This document shows, in pieces, positions 29,945 through 40,619 of a stretch of DNA of 64,000 nt. Position 1 is the first letter of the stretch, and each line of letters starts with the position of its first letter. The notes beneath the pieces were generated by a model. It made no database searches. It was not told the DNA's origin and saw only the letters and a list, made by a program, of their open reading frames with translations. The DNA is from Nitrospirota bacterium (lineage in GTDB: Bacteria; Nitrospirota; UBA9217), in contig OY760142.1 in the NCBI GenBank assembly GCA_963663225.1, forward strand, positions 1,920,001-1,984,000. Reading direction: 5' to 3'. The position numbers and the translations under genes were made by a program.

Positions 29945-31228
29945 ATGACGGTAAAAGATATGCTTGGACGTTCCAGCGTGATCACACGGGAAGACGCGCT
30001 GAAAAAACTGGAAGAGCAGTTTCCCTTGCCCGCCCTCGATACGGAAATGATATCTATCAGTGCGGCCCTGAACAGGGTTCTCGCCGGGGATATTGTCTCA
30101 CCGGAGAACCTGCCTGAATTCAACCGGTCCACCATGGATGGTTTTGCAGTCAAAAGCGCGGATACATTCGGGGCGACAGAAGGCCGCGCTGTATATCTCA
30201 CCGTGGTCGGTGAGAGTGTGATGGGAACGATTCCGGACCGCGCCCTCTCAAAGGGAGAGGCCATGAAGATTGCAACGGGCGGTTCATTGCCGGACGGCTC
30301 GGATGCCGTAGTCATGTTCGAGTTCACTCATCCGCTGGACCCGGCGACCATTGAAGTGGTGAAGCCCGTGGCCCCGCTGGAAAACACGATCCAGATCGGT
30401 GATGACATTCGAAAGGGAGACCGGGTGCTGTCTCGCGGACACCGGGTGAGGCCGCAGGACATGTCCGCTCTGGCGAGCCTGGGCATTGCCCGTGTCAGTG
30501 TTTTTGAACGGCCAAAAACTGCGATTATCACGACGGGGAATGAACTTATTCCTGTTGACGCCACTCCGTCGCTCGGACGGATCCGGGACAGCAATTCCTA
30601 CAGTCTGGAGGGGCTCACTGCTGATGCCGGAGGGCTCCCGGTCAAAAAAGGCATTATTCCGGATGATTATGACCGTCTTCGGAAGAGTCTCGAAGACGCG
30701 ATTGATGATTCTGCGCTTATTTTGCTGACCGGCGGCAGTTCCGCGGGCGCCGCGGACATCACGGCAAAAGTGATCAACGACATCGGTCAGCCGGGTGTCC
30801 TGGTGCATGGAGTGGCCGTAAAACCCGGCAAACCGCTCATCATCGGCCTGATCGGCAGCAAGAAGAAATCAAAGCTCATTCCGGTGTTCGGTCTGCCGGG
30901 GAACCCGGTTGCAGTCATCATTTGTTTTGAATTATTTGTGCGGCCGGTTCTTGCCAGGCTGGCCGGATTGGCCCCCCAGGCGACGCTTGAAATAACTTCG
31001 TACCGCACCGTCAAAGCACGTCTTGCGCGCAGCATCTCATCCAAACCAGGCCGGGAAGAACATATTCCGGTATCGCTGGAGGAAAAAAGCGACGGCCTGT
31101 GGGCGCGGCCTATCTTCGGCGCGTCGGGGCTTATCACGACGCTGGTGAAAGCTGTTGGTACGGTGGTGGTGCCGCTGAATAAAATCGGAATAGAGAAAAA
31201 CGAAGAAGTGGACGTAAGGCTGTTTTGA
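29945..31228 (+). CDS. moeA: Molybdopterin molybdotransferase MoeA
   Basis: RSTMDGFAV, IATGG, TGNEL, GGSSAG, KPGKP, GLPGNP. Confidence 0.93.
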   Translation: MTVKDMLGRSSVITREDALKKLEEQFPLPALDTEMISISAALNRVLAGDIVSPENLPEFNRSTMDGFAVKSADTFGATEGRAVYLTVVGESVMGTIPDRALSKGEAMKIATGGSLPDGSDAVVMFEFTHPLDPATIEVVKPVAPLENTIQIGDDIRKGDRVLSRGHRVRPQDMSALASLGIARVSVFERPKTAIITTGNELIPVDATPSLGRIRDSNSYSLEGLTADAGGLPVKKGIIPDDYDRLRKSLEDAIDDSALILLTGGSSAGAADITAKVINDIGQPGVLVHGVAVKPGKPLIIGLIGSKKKSKLIPVFGLPGNPVAVIICFELFVRPVLARLAGLAPQATLEITSYRTVKARLARSISSKPGREEHIPVSLEEKSDGLWARPIFGASGLITTLVKAVGTVVVPLNKIGIEKNEEVDVRLF

Positions 31229-31318
31229 GTATGCCGCAGACACGCACGACGAACGGCGCATTTTCCGGAGTCATTATTTCCAACAGTTGTTTTCTCATCT
31301 CAAGGCGAACAAAACGTA

Positions 31319-33247
31319 ATGTTCAAACAACAACGATATCTCGATAACGAACCGCTTAATGATGCGATTCGAAAATACCGCGAGGCACTTGCGGCTGCCG
31401 GCATCGGCGGGCCGCTGCCAGGTGAACGTATTCCCGTCGCAGAGTCGCTGGACCGCATCACGTCGGAAGCGGTGATTGCACGGGTGTCGTCCCCGTTTTA
31501 TCATTCCGCGGCCATGGACGGCGTCGCGGTCAGATTTTCTGACACGCACGGGGCAACGGAAACCAGGCCCAAACGATTGCGCGTACCCGAGCAGGCGTTT
31601 TTTATCGATACCGGCGACCCGATGCCGGACGGTTTCGATGCGGTGATCATGATCGAGGATGTGGAGAAAATATCGGAAGCGGAAATTGAGATTCTCCATT
31701 CGGCAACACCATGGCAGCATGTCCGGCTGGTCGGAGAAGATATCGTCGCAACGGAACTGATCATTCCCGAGAATTACCGGATCCGCCCCGTTGACATGGC
31801 GGCCATGCTGGCCAGCGGCCACACGTCCGTCATGGTGCGCAGAAAACCGGTTGTTTCGATTCTTCCCACCGGTACCGAACTGGTGGAACCGGGAAGTGAT
31901 TTGAAAAAAGGCGATATCATTGACTTCAATTCAACCATGCTTTCGGCGACTGCTTGCGCATGCGGCGCGCAGGCAATCCGCATGGCAATCATCAAGGACG
32001 ACGCGAAGCTTCTCACGGAAAGCATTCTGCGCGCGGTTTCAGAATCGGACATGGTGATTGTGAACGCGGGATCATCCGCCGGCAGGGAAGATTTTACCGC
32101 GGACGTAATCGCGGAAATCGGCGAAGTACTGGTGCACGGTGTTTCCATAAAACCCGGCAAACCCGTTATTCTCGGAATTGTCAGGGGAAAGCCGGTGATC
32201 GGCATTCCCGGATATCCGGTATCGGCGGCGCTCACCTTCGATATTTTCGTAAAACCGCTGATTTTCGCACTGCAAGGACTCATTCCTTCCTCTCCTGAAA
32301 CGGTTGTCGCCACGCTCAGCAGGCAAGTCGCTTCCTCGCTCGGGCAGGAAGAATTCATACGCGTAAAAATTGGAGATGTCTCGGGGAAGTTGATCGCGAC
32401 ACCCGTGGCGAGGGGCGCTGGCGCGCTTATGTCGCTCGTGCGCGCCGACGGTGTTCTTCGCGTTCCGGCACAGTTGGAAGGATTTGGAGCGGGGCATGAA
32501 GCGGAGGTGGAACTTTTGCGTCCAGCGCACGAAATCCGGAACACCATCGTATGCATCGGTTCGCACGATACCGCGCTCGACGTGCTCGGCAACTTTTTAA
32601 AGAAAAAACATCCCCAGCTTTCGCTCTCATCTGCCCATGTCGGCAGCATGGGAGGGCTTCTGGCGCTCAAGCGGGGTGAAGCCCATTTGGCAGGCACGCA
32701 TCTTCTTGATGAAGAAACGCATGAGTATAACGTCAGCTATGTCAGGAGGCTTGTTCCGAACAAACGCATCGTGCTGGTCAATCTTGCTTACCGGACCCAG
32801 GGGCTTCTCGTGCAAAAGGGAAACCCCAAACAAATCCGCGGATTTGAGGATCTGGTGAGAAATGATGTCGTATTCGCAAACCGGCAGGCCGGGGCGGGAA
32901 CCCGACTGCTTACCGACATGCATCTGAAAAAATTGCAGATTGACCCGGGAAGCATAAAAGGGTATGATCACGAGGAGTTTACGCACATGGCTGTAGGGGC
33001 TGCCGTGGCTTCCGGCGCGGCAGACACGGGACTCGCGGTACTTTCGGCTGCTCAGGCGCTCGGCCTGGATTTTATTCCGGTTGCGCAGGAACGATATGAC
33101 TTTGCGATTCCCCAGGAATTCTACGAGACGCCGCTGCTGCAGGCGTTGATGGAAATCATCCGCAGGGATGCCGGATTCCGCAGCCATCTTATTGCAATGG
33201 GCGGATATGATGTGTCTGAAATGGGGAACATCGTCGGTACAAATTGA
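31319..33247 (+). CDS. MoeA fused to C-terminal substrate-binding (PBP) domain
   Basis: MoeA motifs (SAAMDG, PTGTEL, KPGKP, PGYPVS) then GSHD, GSMGGL, NRQAGAGTR, THMAV, ERYD. Confidence 0.9.
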   Translation: MFKQQRYLDNEPLNDAIRKYREALAAAGIGGPLPGERIPVAESLDRITSEAVIARVSSPFYHSAAMDGVAVRFSDTHGATETRPKRLRVPEQAFFIDTGDPMPDGFDAVIMIEDVEKISEAEIEILHSATPWQHVRLVGEDIVATELIIPENYRIRPVDMAAMLASGHTSVMVRRKPVVSILPTGTELVEPGSDLKKGDIIDFNSTMLSATACACGAQAIRMAIIKDDAKLLTESILRAVSESDMVIVNAGSSAGREDFTADVIAEIGEVLVHGVSIKPGKPVILGIVRGKPVIGIPGYPVSAALTFDIFVKPLIFALQGLIPSSPETVVATLSRQVASSLGQEEFIRVKIGDVSGKLIATPVARGAGALMSLVRADGVLRVPAQLEGFGAGHEAEVELLRPAHEIRNTIVCIGSHDTALDVLGNFLKKKHPQLSLSSAHVGSMGGLLALKRGEAHLAGTHLLDEETHEYNVSYVRRLVPNKRIVLVNLAYRTQGLLVQKGNPKQIRGFEDLVRNDVVFANRQAGAGTRLLTDMHLKKLQIDPGSIKGYDHEEFTHMAVGAAVASGAADTGLAVLSAAQALGLDFIPVAQERYDFAIPQEFYETPLLQALMEIIRRDAGFRSHLIAMGGYDVSEMGNIVGTN

Positions 33248-33319
33248 CAACGGTAACGCAGTGATATGATCGTATCGCGCGTTGCTTGAATTTATCATGA
33301 ATGGTATGGAGGCTCTACA

Positions 33320-34036
33320 ATGCTTGCAATCAGTGCAGTGCCCGCATTAGGCACAGGTGTACTCGGTCTTTTCCAGGAGACTGGCTGGGTTGGGAAGGGG
33401 ATCGTAATCATTTTGATGGGATTTTCCATCGTTTCCTGGGCCATGATCCTGCTCAAGTATCAGTTCCTTCGAAGAGCGGAGAAGGAGTCTCATAATTTCC
33501 TGGCCGCGTTCCGCAAAACCAAAAAAATTGAAGAGCTGTTGATACACGCGGACGCCAAGAAATTCAGTCCGCTCGCAACACTCTTTGTCGAAGGACACCG
33601 GGAGGCGGAAGCCATCGTAAAAACACTGCCGGGCGGAAAAGCCGCCGAGGAAGAAATTCCGCTGATTTCGACGGAAATAGAACGGCTGCTCAAAATTACC
33701 ACGCAGGATGAAATAGCATATATGGAGCGCTACCTTGCGTTCCTCGGCACGACAGGCACGGTCGGTCCGCTTTTGGGCCTCTTCGGAACGGTTTGGGGCA
33801 TCATGGACGCGTTCTACGGCATCGGGCTCAAGGGAGCCGGCGACATCGGCGCGCTCGCTCCGGGGCTGGCCGCCGCGCTGATCAATACCATTTCCGGATT
33901 GTTTGTCGCCATCCCGGCGGTCATAGCGTACAACTATTTTTCCGACAAAATCAGGGACATTGCCATCCGCTGCGATTCCTTTTCCATGGAGTTTCTGAGT
34001 TTTGTTGAACGGCACGTCCTGAGGGGGCGGTCATGA
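33320..34036 (+). CDS. tolQ: TolQ (MotA/TolQ/ExbB family)
   Basis: PLLGLFGTVWGIM, APGLAAAL..T, VAIPAVIAYN. Confidence 0.9.
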   Translation: MLAISAVPALGTGVLGLFQETGWVGKGIVIILMGFSIVSWAMILLKYQFLRRAEKESHNFLAAFRKTKKIEELLIHADAKKFSPLATLFVEGHREAEAIVKTLPGGKAAEEEIPLISTEIERLLKITTQDEIAYMERYLAFLGTTGTVGPLLGLFGTVWGIMDAFYGIGLKGAGDIGALAPGLAAALINTISGLFVAIPAVIAYNYFSDKIRDIAIRCDSFSMEFLSFVERHVLRGRS

Positions 34037-34452
34037 GCTTCGAGCGCAGAGAGAGAAGTATCATTCGTGACATCAATCTCGTGCCGCTTATTGACGTTTT
34101 GCTTACCGTGCTGTTTTTTTATATGATTGTGTCTCCCATGATGAGCAGAGGACTGGACGTCAATCTGCCGAAGTCGGAGTCAAACACGGTCAAGCCGGAA
34201 GACCGCATCGTGCTTACCGTTACGCGCGCGCAGGAAATTTTTGTTGAAAAAGAGCGGGTAGGCATTTCCCGGCTCAAGGGCGTGCTCGAGGCCATTCGCC
34301 ATTCCAAACCGCAGATTAATGTTTATCTCCGCGCCGATAAGGACGCGCCGTATGGCGCCGTCGTGCAGGTGATGGACATTGTAAAGCAGGCCGGGATTGA
34401 CCGGCTTGGCATGGTGACTGATACTGCACCCGGGGGCGAGACTCGAAAATGA
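34033..34452 (+). CDS. tolR: TolR (ExbD/TolR family)
   Basis: INLVPLIDV, LRADKDAPYG. Confidence 0.9.
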   Translation: MSFERRERSIIRDINLVPLIDVLLTVLFFYMIVSPMMSRGLDVNLPKSESNTVKPEDRIVLTVTRAQEIFVEKERVGISRLKGVLEAIRHSKPQINVYLRADKDAPYGAVVQVMDIVKQAGIDRLGMVTDTAPGGETRK

Positions 34453-35150
34453 AGTGGTACTCAAGGAAGAGAACCGGCCAGTCAGGCGGAAAACTGACGC
34501 TGGCGCTCGCCCTTTCCTTTTTTTTCCATGTGGTGGTTGCACTCGCCGCGGTCTTCCTGTATAGTAAGGCGACTCCGAAGATACTTATACCGCTGTCCTA
34601 TCAGGTGATGCTTGTCGGGCAACCGATGGATGTTCCCCAGGTGTCGCCGGAGGAAACTCCGCCGGAACCTCCAAAACAGGAACCACAGAAAAAAACAAAG
34701 TCGGCGCCGAAAGCGAAAAAAACGAAACCCAGCAAAAGCGCCTTGCCGGACTTCTCATTGCAGAAGAAAGAGCCTCTTCGAGAGCAGCCAAAACCTGCGG
34801 AAGCCGAAACACGCAAGGAGCAGGCGGCACCAGCCGCTTCTGTCATGGTGTCGGCGCCGCAGATGGACGATAAATTTTCCTGGTACCTTGGACTCCTTCG
34901 CGGTCGAATAGAGCTGAACTGGAAACCGACACCGGACGTGAAGGACGCGAAGGCCCGGATTCTGTTTACCGTCAACCGATCGGGATGGGTGACTGATGTA
35001 AATATTGATGCTGACCACTCCAAGGGGACGTTTGAATTCAAACAGGCGGCGATCAGGGCAATACGCGCATCGAACCCGTTCCCGCCTTTGCCCGAAGATT
35101 TTCCAAGATATTCCCTGGATTTCAGCGTGGATTTGGTCCAGAAACAATAA
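34449..35150 (+). CDS. tolA: TolA/TonB-like energy transducer
   Basis: TM with S-x3-H motif, Pro/Lys-rich linker, C-terminal domain (NW.P...AIRA..PFPPLP); position in tol cluster. Confidence 0.75.
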   Translation: MKWYSRKRTGQSGGKLTLALALSFFFHVVVALAAVFLYSKATPKILIPLSYQVMLVGQPMDVPQVSPEETPPEPPKQEPQKKTKSAPKAKKTKPSKSALPDFSLQKKEPLREQPKPAEAETRKEQAAPAASVMVSAPQMDDKFSWYLGLLRGRIELNWKPTPDVKDAKARILFTVNRSGWVTDVNIDADHSKGTFEFKQAAIRAIRASNPFPPLPEDFPRYSLDFSVDLVQKQ

Positions 35151-35189
35151 TACTGACAACAGCCGGATAACCGGCATTAAAAAAAAACT

Positions 35190-36476
35190 ATGAAACGTAT
35201 TCTTTTCCTTATAATTCTTTGCATGCTTTCAGCGGTTCCCACCGCTGTTCATTCCCAATACTATCTCGGAGTGATCCAGGGGGAAATAAAAAAGATACCC
35301 ATTGTCGTGCTGGACATCCATGATGACATGGGGGATCCGAAACTCCGCGCCCTTGCTCTTGAAATTCTCCAGGCGGACCTTCGGCGCTCCCAGATATTTG
35401 AAATCATGGATCCGGCCAAGCTCGATCTGTCCTATTCGTTGCCCACGGAGCCCAAGCAGGACATTATTAAACGCGCTGGAATTTTCGGCCTCACCGGCGT
35501 TGTCTGGGGATCGTTGCACAAAAAAGACAAAAAAATCATGCTGACCGGCAAGCTGTTCGATGCTGCATCAGGGGTGCGGATGTCGAACAAGGACTATTTC
35601 GGAAGCGACGATACGTTCCGCCGGAGTGTCCACGCGTTTGCTGATGAGATTGTTGCCCGGTATACCGGGGAAAAGGGAATTGCCCGTACGCGCATTGCCT
35701 ATGTGTCGGATAAAACCGGCAACAAGGAATTGTACCTGATGGATTACGATGGCCAGAATACGATGCGTTTAACCGCGGACCGGTCAATCTGCCTTTCTCC
35801 GGCGTGGAGTCCTGATGGAAACATACTAGCGTATGTTTCGTACCGTGACAGGAACCCCGATCTGTATGCGCTGGCCATGGACACGGGCAAGCGCTGGAAA
35901 TTGTCGGGAAACGACGGTCTGAACATATCACCTGCGTGGGCTCCGGGAGGAAAACGGCTTGCACTGGCGCTGAGCAAGGACGGCACCGCGGAAATTTACA
36001 CCATAGACATCAGCGGCACTGATTCGGAAAGACTTACCTACGGAGCTTTTGACAATGTTTCGCCCGCATGGTCGCCAAACGGAAGAGAAATTGTATTTAC
36101 GTCCGGACGAGGCGGCACACCCCAGCTCTATATTATGGGTTCGGACGGTACCGATGTCCGGCGTATTACCTTTGAAGGTTCCTACAATGCCTCTCCCCAC
36201 TGGTCTCCCCGGGGGGACAGAATCGTGTTTTCCTCCATGGTGAATGGCGTGTTCAAAGTCGCCACGGTGAACACGGACGGCTCGGGTTTCCGGCTGCTTA
36301 CCAGCGGACGGGGAAACGACGAGAATCCATCCTGGTCTCCTTCCGGGAGGCAGATTGTCTTCAGCTCCAATCGAGAAGGAAAATACAACATTTATACGAT
36401 GAATGCGGACGGCACGGACATAGAGCGGATCACTCCGAACGATGCAAACTACACTTCACCTGCCTGGTCCCCGTAA
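35190..36476 (+). CDS. tolB: TolB beta-propeller protein
   Basis: Signal peptide, TolB N-domain, repeated SPAWSPDG motifs. Confidence 0.93.
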   Translation: MKRILFLIILCMLSAVPTAVHSQYYLGVIQGEIKKIPIVVLDIHDDMGDPKLRALALEILQADLRRSQIFEIMDPAKLDLSYSLPTEPKQDIIKRAGIFGLTGVVWGSLHKKDKKIMLTGKLFDAASGVRMSNKDYFGSDDTFRRSVHAFADEIVARYTGEKGIARTRIAYVSDKTGNKELYLMDYDGQNTMRLTADRSICLSPAWSPDGNILAYVSYRDRNPDLYALAMDTGKRWKLSGNDGLNISPAWAPGGKRLALALSKDGTAEIYTIDISGTDSERLTYGAFDNVSPAWSPNGREIVFTSGRGGTPQLYIMGSDGTDVRRITFEGSYNASPHWSPRGDRIVFSSMVNGVFKVATVNTDGSGFRLLTSGRGNDENPSWSPSGRQIVFSSNREGKYNIYTMNADGTDIERITPNDANYTSPAWSP

Positions 36477-36569
36477 AAACGACACCGTCCAATTTCCCAA
36501 CCAGCGGATTCCGCACTATTCTTCGCATTTCTTTTTGTGACTGCAGAGTAAACACAAAGGGCATACGGC

Positions 36570-37376
36570 ATGGACGAGCACAAATATGTTCATGGTTATT
36601 CATCCCGGGAAAATGAAAGGCTGCTAGACCAGGCCGACGTATTGACTGAACTGCTGCACCACGACACGCGGTATTCTGCAGGCTGCTCAGTGCTGGAGGC
36701 AGGGTGCGGAGTCGGGGCCCAGACTGTCGTGCTGGCGGCAAACAACCCGGAAACACGGTTTACTTCCATAGACATTTCACAGGCCTCCCTGAATGCCGCG
36801 CAAAGCAAGGCGTCCGGCGCCGGCTGCAAAAACGTTGTTTTCCGCAAGGCGGATATCTTCAACCTGCCTTTTCCTGACGAAAGCTTTGATCATCTCTTTC
36901 TCTGCTTCGTACTGGAACATCTCAACAATCCCCTGGATGCACTTCGCAGGCTCGGGACAAAACTGCGCCCGGGCGGCACCATCACCGTTATAGAAGGCGA
37001 TCATGAATCGACGCTTTTTTATCCCCCCAGCAGGGACGCGTGGCGGACGATCCAATGCCTGATTGATTTGCAAAAAGCGGCGGGCGGTAATGCCCTTATC
37101 GGCCGGGAGCTGTTCCCTCTTTTGCAGAGCGCGAGGTTCCGAAACGTCGCTGTTTCGCCGCGGATGGTCTATGCTGATGCGAGCAGGCCTAAGGTGGTCG
37201 AAGGTTTCACGAAAAACACCTATATTGCCATGGTGAAGGGGGTTCAAGAACAGGCTTTGAGCGCCGGATTGATCAAAAAAGAAATCTGGGACAATGGCAT
37301 CCGGGATCTTTATAAGGCGGCCGGGCCGGAGGGGACATTCTGCTATACTTTTTTTAAGGCGGTTGCCTGCAAATAA
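36570..37376 (+). CDS. Class I SAM-dependent methyltransferase
   Basis: VLEAGCGVG, FPDESFD, LRPGG. Confidence 0.88.
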   Translation: MDEHKYVHGYSSRENERLLDQADVLTELLHHDTRYSAGCSVLEAGCGVGAQTVVLAANNPETRFTSIDISQASLNAAQSKASGAGCKNVVFRKADIFNLPFPDESFDHLFLCFVLEHLNNPLDALRRLGTKLRPGGTITVIEGDHESTLFYPPSRDAWRTIQCLIDLQKAAGGNALIGRELFPLLQSARFRNVAVSPRMVYADASRPKVVEGFTKNTYIAMVKGVQEQALSAGLIKKEIWDNGIRDLYKAAGPEGTFCYTFFKAVACK

Positions 37377-37512
37377 GCAGCAAAGCGGAGCTGCACGAGA
37401 AACGTTCTCAGAGCTTTTCCCGGTGAATGGAACCGTCAAATAAAATTACCATCTGTTCAAAACTGTAAGCTATCGTTCTTTGCAAATTGAACATTCCTCA
37501 GGGAGGTGCGGT

Positions 37513-40500
37513 GTGCAATTCAACCGGCAAACAGTTCTTTCAAAAATCCGTTTAATCTCAGACCGACTGCGCGATTTTTCGAAAACCCGCAAAGCAAGAA
37601 ACCTCGGCATTATCATTTTTATTTTTCTTTTCCTCTTTTCGATTACCGGTTTTTTTATTCTGCCGCCCTATGTGAAGCGGGTGGCCGTGGATATCCTGAG
37701 TGAACAGCTCGGGCGCACGGTGAGTATCGGCTCGGTAAGCTTGAATCCCTACTCCCTCGGCGTCACCATCAAGGACTTTGAGATCAAGGAGGAAGACGGC
37801 ACCACGCCTTTCGTATCCTTTGCAAAACTGTACGTCAACATCCAGATGATGTCCGTTTTCAGAGGAGGCCCTGTCGTCAAAGAGGTAAAACTTGAGAAAC
37901 CCCGCATCCATCTGGTCAGGACGAGCGCAAATACTTACAACTTTACGGATATCGTGGAACGGATTCAGGCCAAGAGCAAAAATGAACCAAAAGACAAACC
38001 GCAAAAACCGTTCTTTTATTCATTCAGCAACATTCAGGTCCTCGACGGTGCTCTGGAATTCGACGACCATCCCGCCCGAACGAGGCATGAGATTACCCAA
38101 GTAAACCTCGGCATTCCCTTTATCTCAAACCTTCCTTCCTATGTGGAGGCATACGTACAACCCTCACTGAGCGCCGTGATTAACGGGACTCCGCTTGATC
38201 TCAAGGGAGCGTCAAAAGTATTTTCCGACTCGCGGGAAACCTCTTTTGATATGCTTCTGAAGGACATAGACATTCCGTATTACCTGGCCTATGTCCCCGC
38301 AGAAGTCAAGGTGAGCGTGCCGTCAGGCAGGCTTGATATTGCGATTAAAATCATTTACCGGCAGTATAAAGACCGCCTGCCTACACTCATTCTCCAGGGC
38401 GAAACAACGTTACGAGGCCTAAGAGCTGTCATTAAAAAGATTCCGGGTGATTTCCTGAACATCCCGCTGCTGAGCGTACGTGATATTTCGCTTGACCTGC
38501 AATCGAGAAAGATCGAAGTCGGCTCCATTGCAACCGAGAAAGGTTTTCTGGTTGTTTCCCGCAGTGCAGACGGCCGGATGAACTTCGATTCGATTGTTGA
38601 CACTACGCGCACCGCGCCGTCTCCGGAGACAAAGAAAGCCGGGTCCGCTCCTTCGTGGTCGGTGCTGCTCAAATCCCTTGTTGTTGCGGATTATACTGTG
38701 AAGACCGCGGACAGCAGTCTGAGGAATCCATTTGCCCTGACGATGGACGAAATAACCCTGAAAACACAGAACCTTTCCACTGACGAGAAAGACAACAAGG
38801 GCAGCGTCGCGTTTTCCATGCGGGTGGACCGCAAAGGGACCGTCTCGATCGGCGGTGATGTCAAATTGAAACCTCTTGCAACGGATCTTACTGTAAGCAT
38901 CAAGGGGGTTCCTCTGAAACCGGTGCAGCCGTTTCTGGCCGAGCGGGCACGGGTCATCCTTGCCGGCGGCTCACTGAACCTACATGGCACTCTGTCTGCG
39001 GCCCAGAATCAGAAGGAGGAGGTGAATACCGCGTTTAAGGGAAAACTCTGGATCAACAAGCTGTCTTTGCTCGATCAGGCAAACGCGGAGGATCTGCTCA
39101 AATGGGAGTCCTTGTATATCGGTGAAATGGATATCCGTGCCCTGCCGTTGTTTGTTCATATCCGGGAAATTGCGCTGTCGAATTTTTATTCACGTATCAT
39201 CATTAATGCGAACAAGACCGTAAATCTGCAGGAAATCTTCAGCACGCCGACCGCAACGGCTCCGGAGGCTGCCGCACCTCCGCAGACTATTCAACCGGCC
39301 TCAGCGCCGGACGAACAGAAAAAATCTGAAGGGGAACGCAAAATCCGAATTGATAAGATTACGGTCCAGGGCGGCACCATCAATTTCACTGATGAGAGCA
39401 TAAAACCGCGGTTCAGTTCAAACCTGCTCGAAATCGGCGGACGGATTTCCGGGCTTACCTCTGAAGAAGGCAAATTGGGCGAAATAGAGCTCAGGGGCAA
39501 GTATGACCGCTATGCGCCGCTTGAAATTCTCGGCAAACTTAACCCGCTTGGAAAGGACCTCTTTGTGGATCTGAAAGCGGATTTTAAGGACATGGACCTC
39601 ACCCAGGTCAGTCCGTATGCCGGAAAGTATGCAGGGTATGGAATTCAGAAAGGGAAGCTTTCATTTCACCTTGAATACCTGGTCGAAAAAAACAAGCTTG
39701 ATTCCAAAAACAATATTTTCATCGACCAGTTCACTTTCGGCGACCCGGTTTCAAGTCCTGACGCGACGAAACTGCCGGTTAAACTCGCAGTGTCCCTTCT
39801 GAAAAACCGCAATGGAGAAATCGCGCTTGATATTCCCGTCTCAGGTGAGTTGAATGATCCGAAGTTCAGCATAGGGCGGATCGTGTTGAAAGTTCTGATG
39901 AACCTTCTTGAGAAGGCCGCCACCTCGCCCTTTGCCCTGCTGGGTGCGGCCTTTGGAGGCGGAGAACAGCTCGGTTTCGCAGAATTTACGCTCGGATCAG
40001 CCGATCTTACGGACGCGACAAAAAAGAAACTGGATATTCTGAGCAAGGCTCTCTATGATCGGCCGGCACTCAAGATGGACGTTGTGGGACATGCTGATCT
40101 CGATAAGGACCGTGAAGGCCTGAAGCAAAATCTTATGCTGCGAAAAGTGAAAGCGCAAAAGGTAAAGGACCTATCCCAAAAAGCCGGCGAAGCAGTTTCA
40201 CTTGAGTCGGTAACAGTGACGCCTCAGGAATATCCGGAATACCTGAAGCGGGTATATAGGGAAGAGAAATTCCCCAAGCCCCGCAATATCATCGGCTTGG
40301 CAAAGGATTTACCGGCGCCTGAGATGGAGAAGCTTATTATCACCAACACAAAGGTCAGTGATGATGATCTCAAAGCGCTGGCCGGAGAGAGGGCACGGGC
40401 GATCAGAGACTATCTCGTGCAGTCGAAAAAGACCGAAATGGAACGTATTTTCATTGTAGAAGCCAAAGCCATTGCGCCCGAAAAAAAAGAAGGGGTCAAA

Positions 40501-40530
40501 GACAGCAGGACTGATTTCATTCTGAAATAA
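37513..40530 (+). CDS. DUF748-domain large envelope protein (AsmA-like beta repeats, OmpA-like C-terminus)
   Basis: N-terminal TM, LNPYSL, SPYAGKYAGY, LPVKLAVSLLKNRNGEIALDIPVSG, RPALK; GTG start after GGAGG. Confidence 0.8.
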   Translation: MQFNRQTVLSKIRLISDRLRDFSKTRKARNLGIIIFIFLFLFSITGFFILPPYVKRVAVDILSEQLGRTVSIGSVSLNPYSLGVTIKDFEIKEEDGTTPFVSFAKLYVNIQMMSVFRGGPVVKEVKLEKPRIHLVRTSANTYNFTDIVERIQAKSKNEPKDKPQKPFFYSFSNIQVLDGALEFDDHPARTRHEITQVNLGIPFISNLPSYVEAYVQPSLSAVINGTPLDLKGASKVFSDSRETSFDMLLKDIDIPYYLAYVPAEVKVSVPSGRLDIAIKIIYRQYKDRLPTLILQGETTLRGLRAVIKKIPGDFLNIPLLSVRDISLDLQSRKIEVGSIATEKGFLVVSRSADGRMNFDSIVDTTRTAPSPETKKAGSAPSWSVLLKSLVVADYTVKTADSSLRNPFALTMDEITLKTQNLSTDEKDNKGSVAFSMRVDRKGTVSIGGDVKLKPLATDLTVSIKGVPLKPVQPFLAERARVILAGGSLNLHGTLSAAQNQKEEVNTAFKGKLWINKLSLLDQANAEDLLKWESLYIGEMDIRALPLFVHIREIALSNFYSRIIINANKTVNLQEIFSTPTATAPEAAAPPQTIQPASAPDEQKKSEGERKIRIDKITVQGGTINFTDESIKPRFSSNLLEIGGRISGLTSEEGKLGEIELRGKYDRYAPLEILGKLNPLGKDLFVDLKADFKDMDLTQVSPYAGKYAGYGIQKGKLSFHLEYLVEKNKLDSKNNIFIDQFTFGDPVSSPDATKLPVKLAVSLLKNRNGEIALDIPVSGELNDPKFSIGRIVLKVLMNLLEKAATSPFALLGAAFGGGEQLGFAEFTLGSADLTDATKKKLDILSKALYDRPALKMDVVGHADLDKDREGLKQNLMLRKVKAQKVKDLSQKAGEAVSLESVTVTPQEYPEYLKRVYREEKFPKPRNIIGLAKDLPAPEMEKLIITNTKVSDDDLKALAGERARAIRDYLVQSKKTEMERIFIVEAKAIAPEKKEGVKDSRTDFILK

Positions 40531-40619
40531 TTGTGTCACGGTCTTGATAATCCTCAGTCTGTCGACAATGCCGGACGAACCATCTTCTAACCTACTCAGC
40601 ATGATGAGGCGAGACAGGC

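Noticed and set aside
35790-36476. Recurring SPAWSP-coding DNA repeats
   Set aside because: Normal TolB propeller repeats
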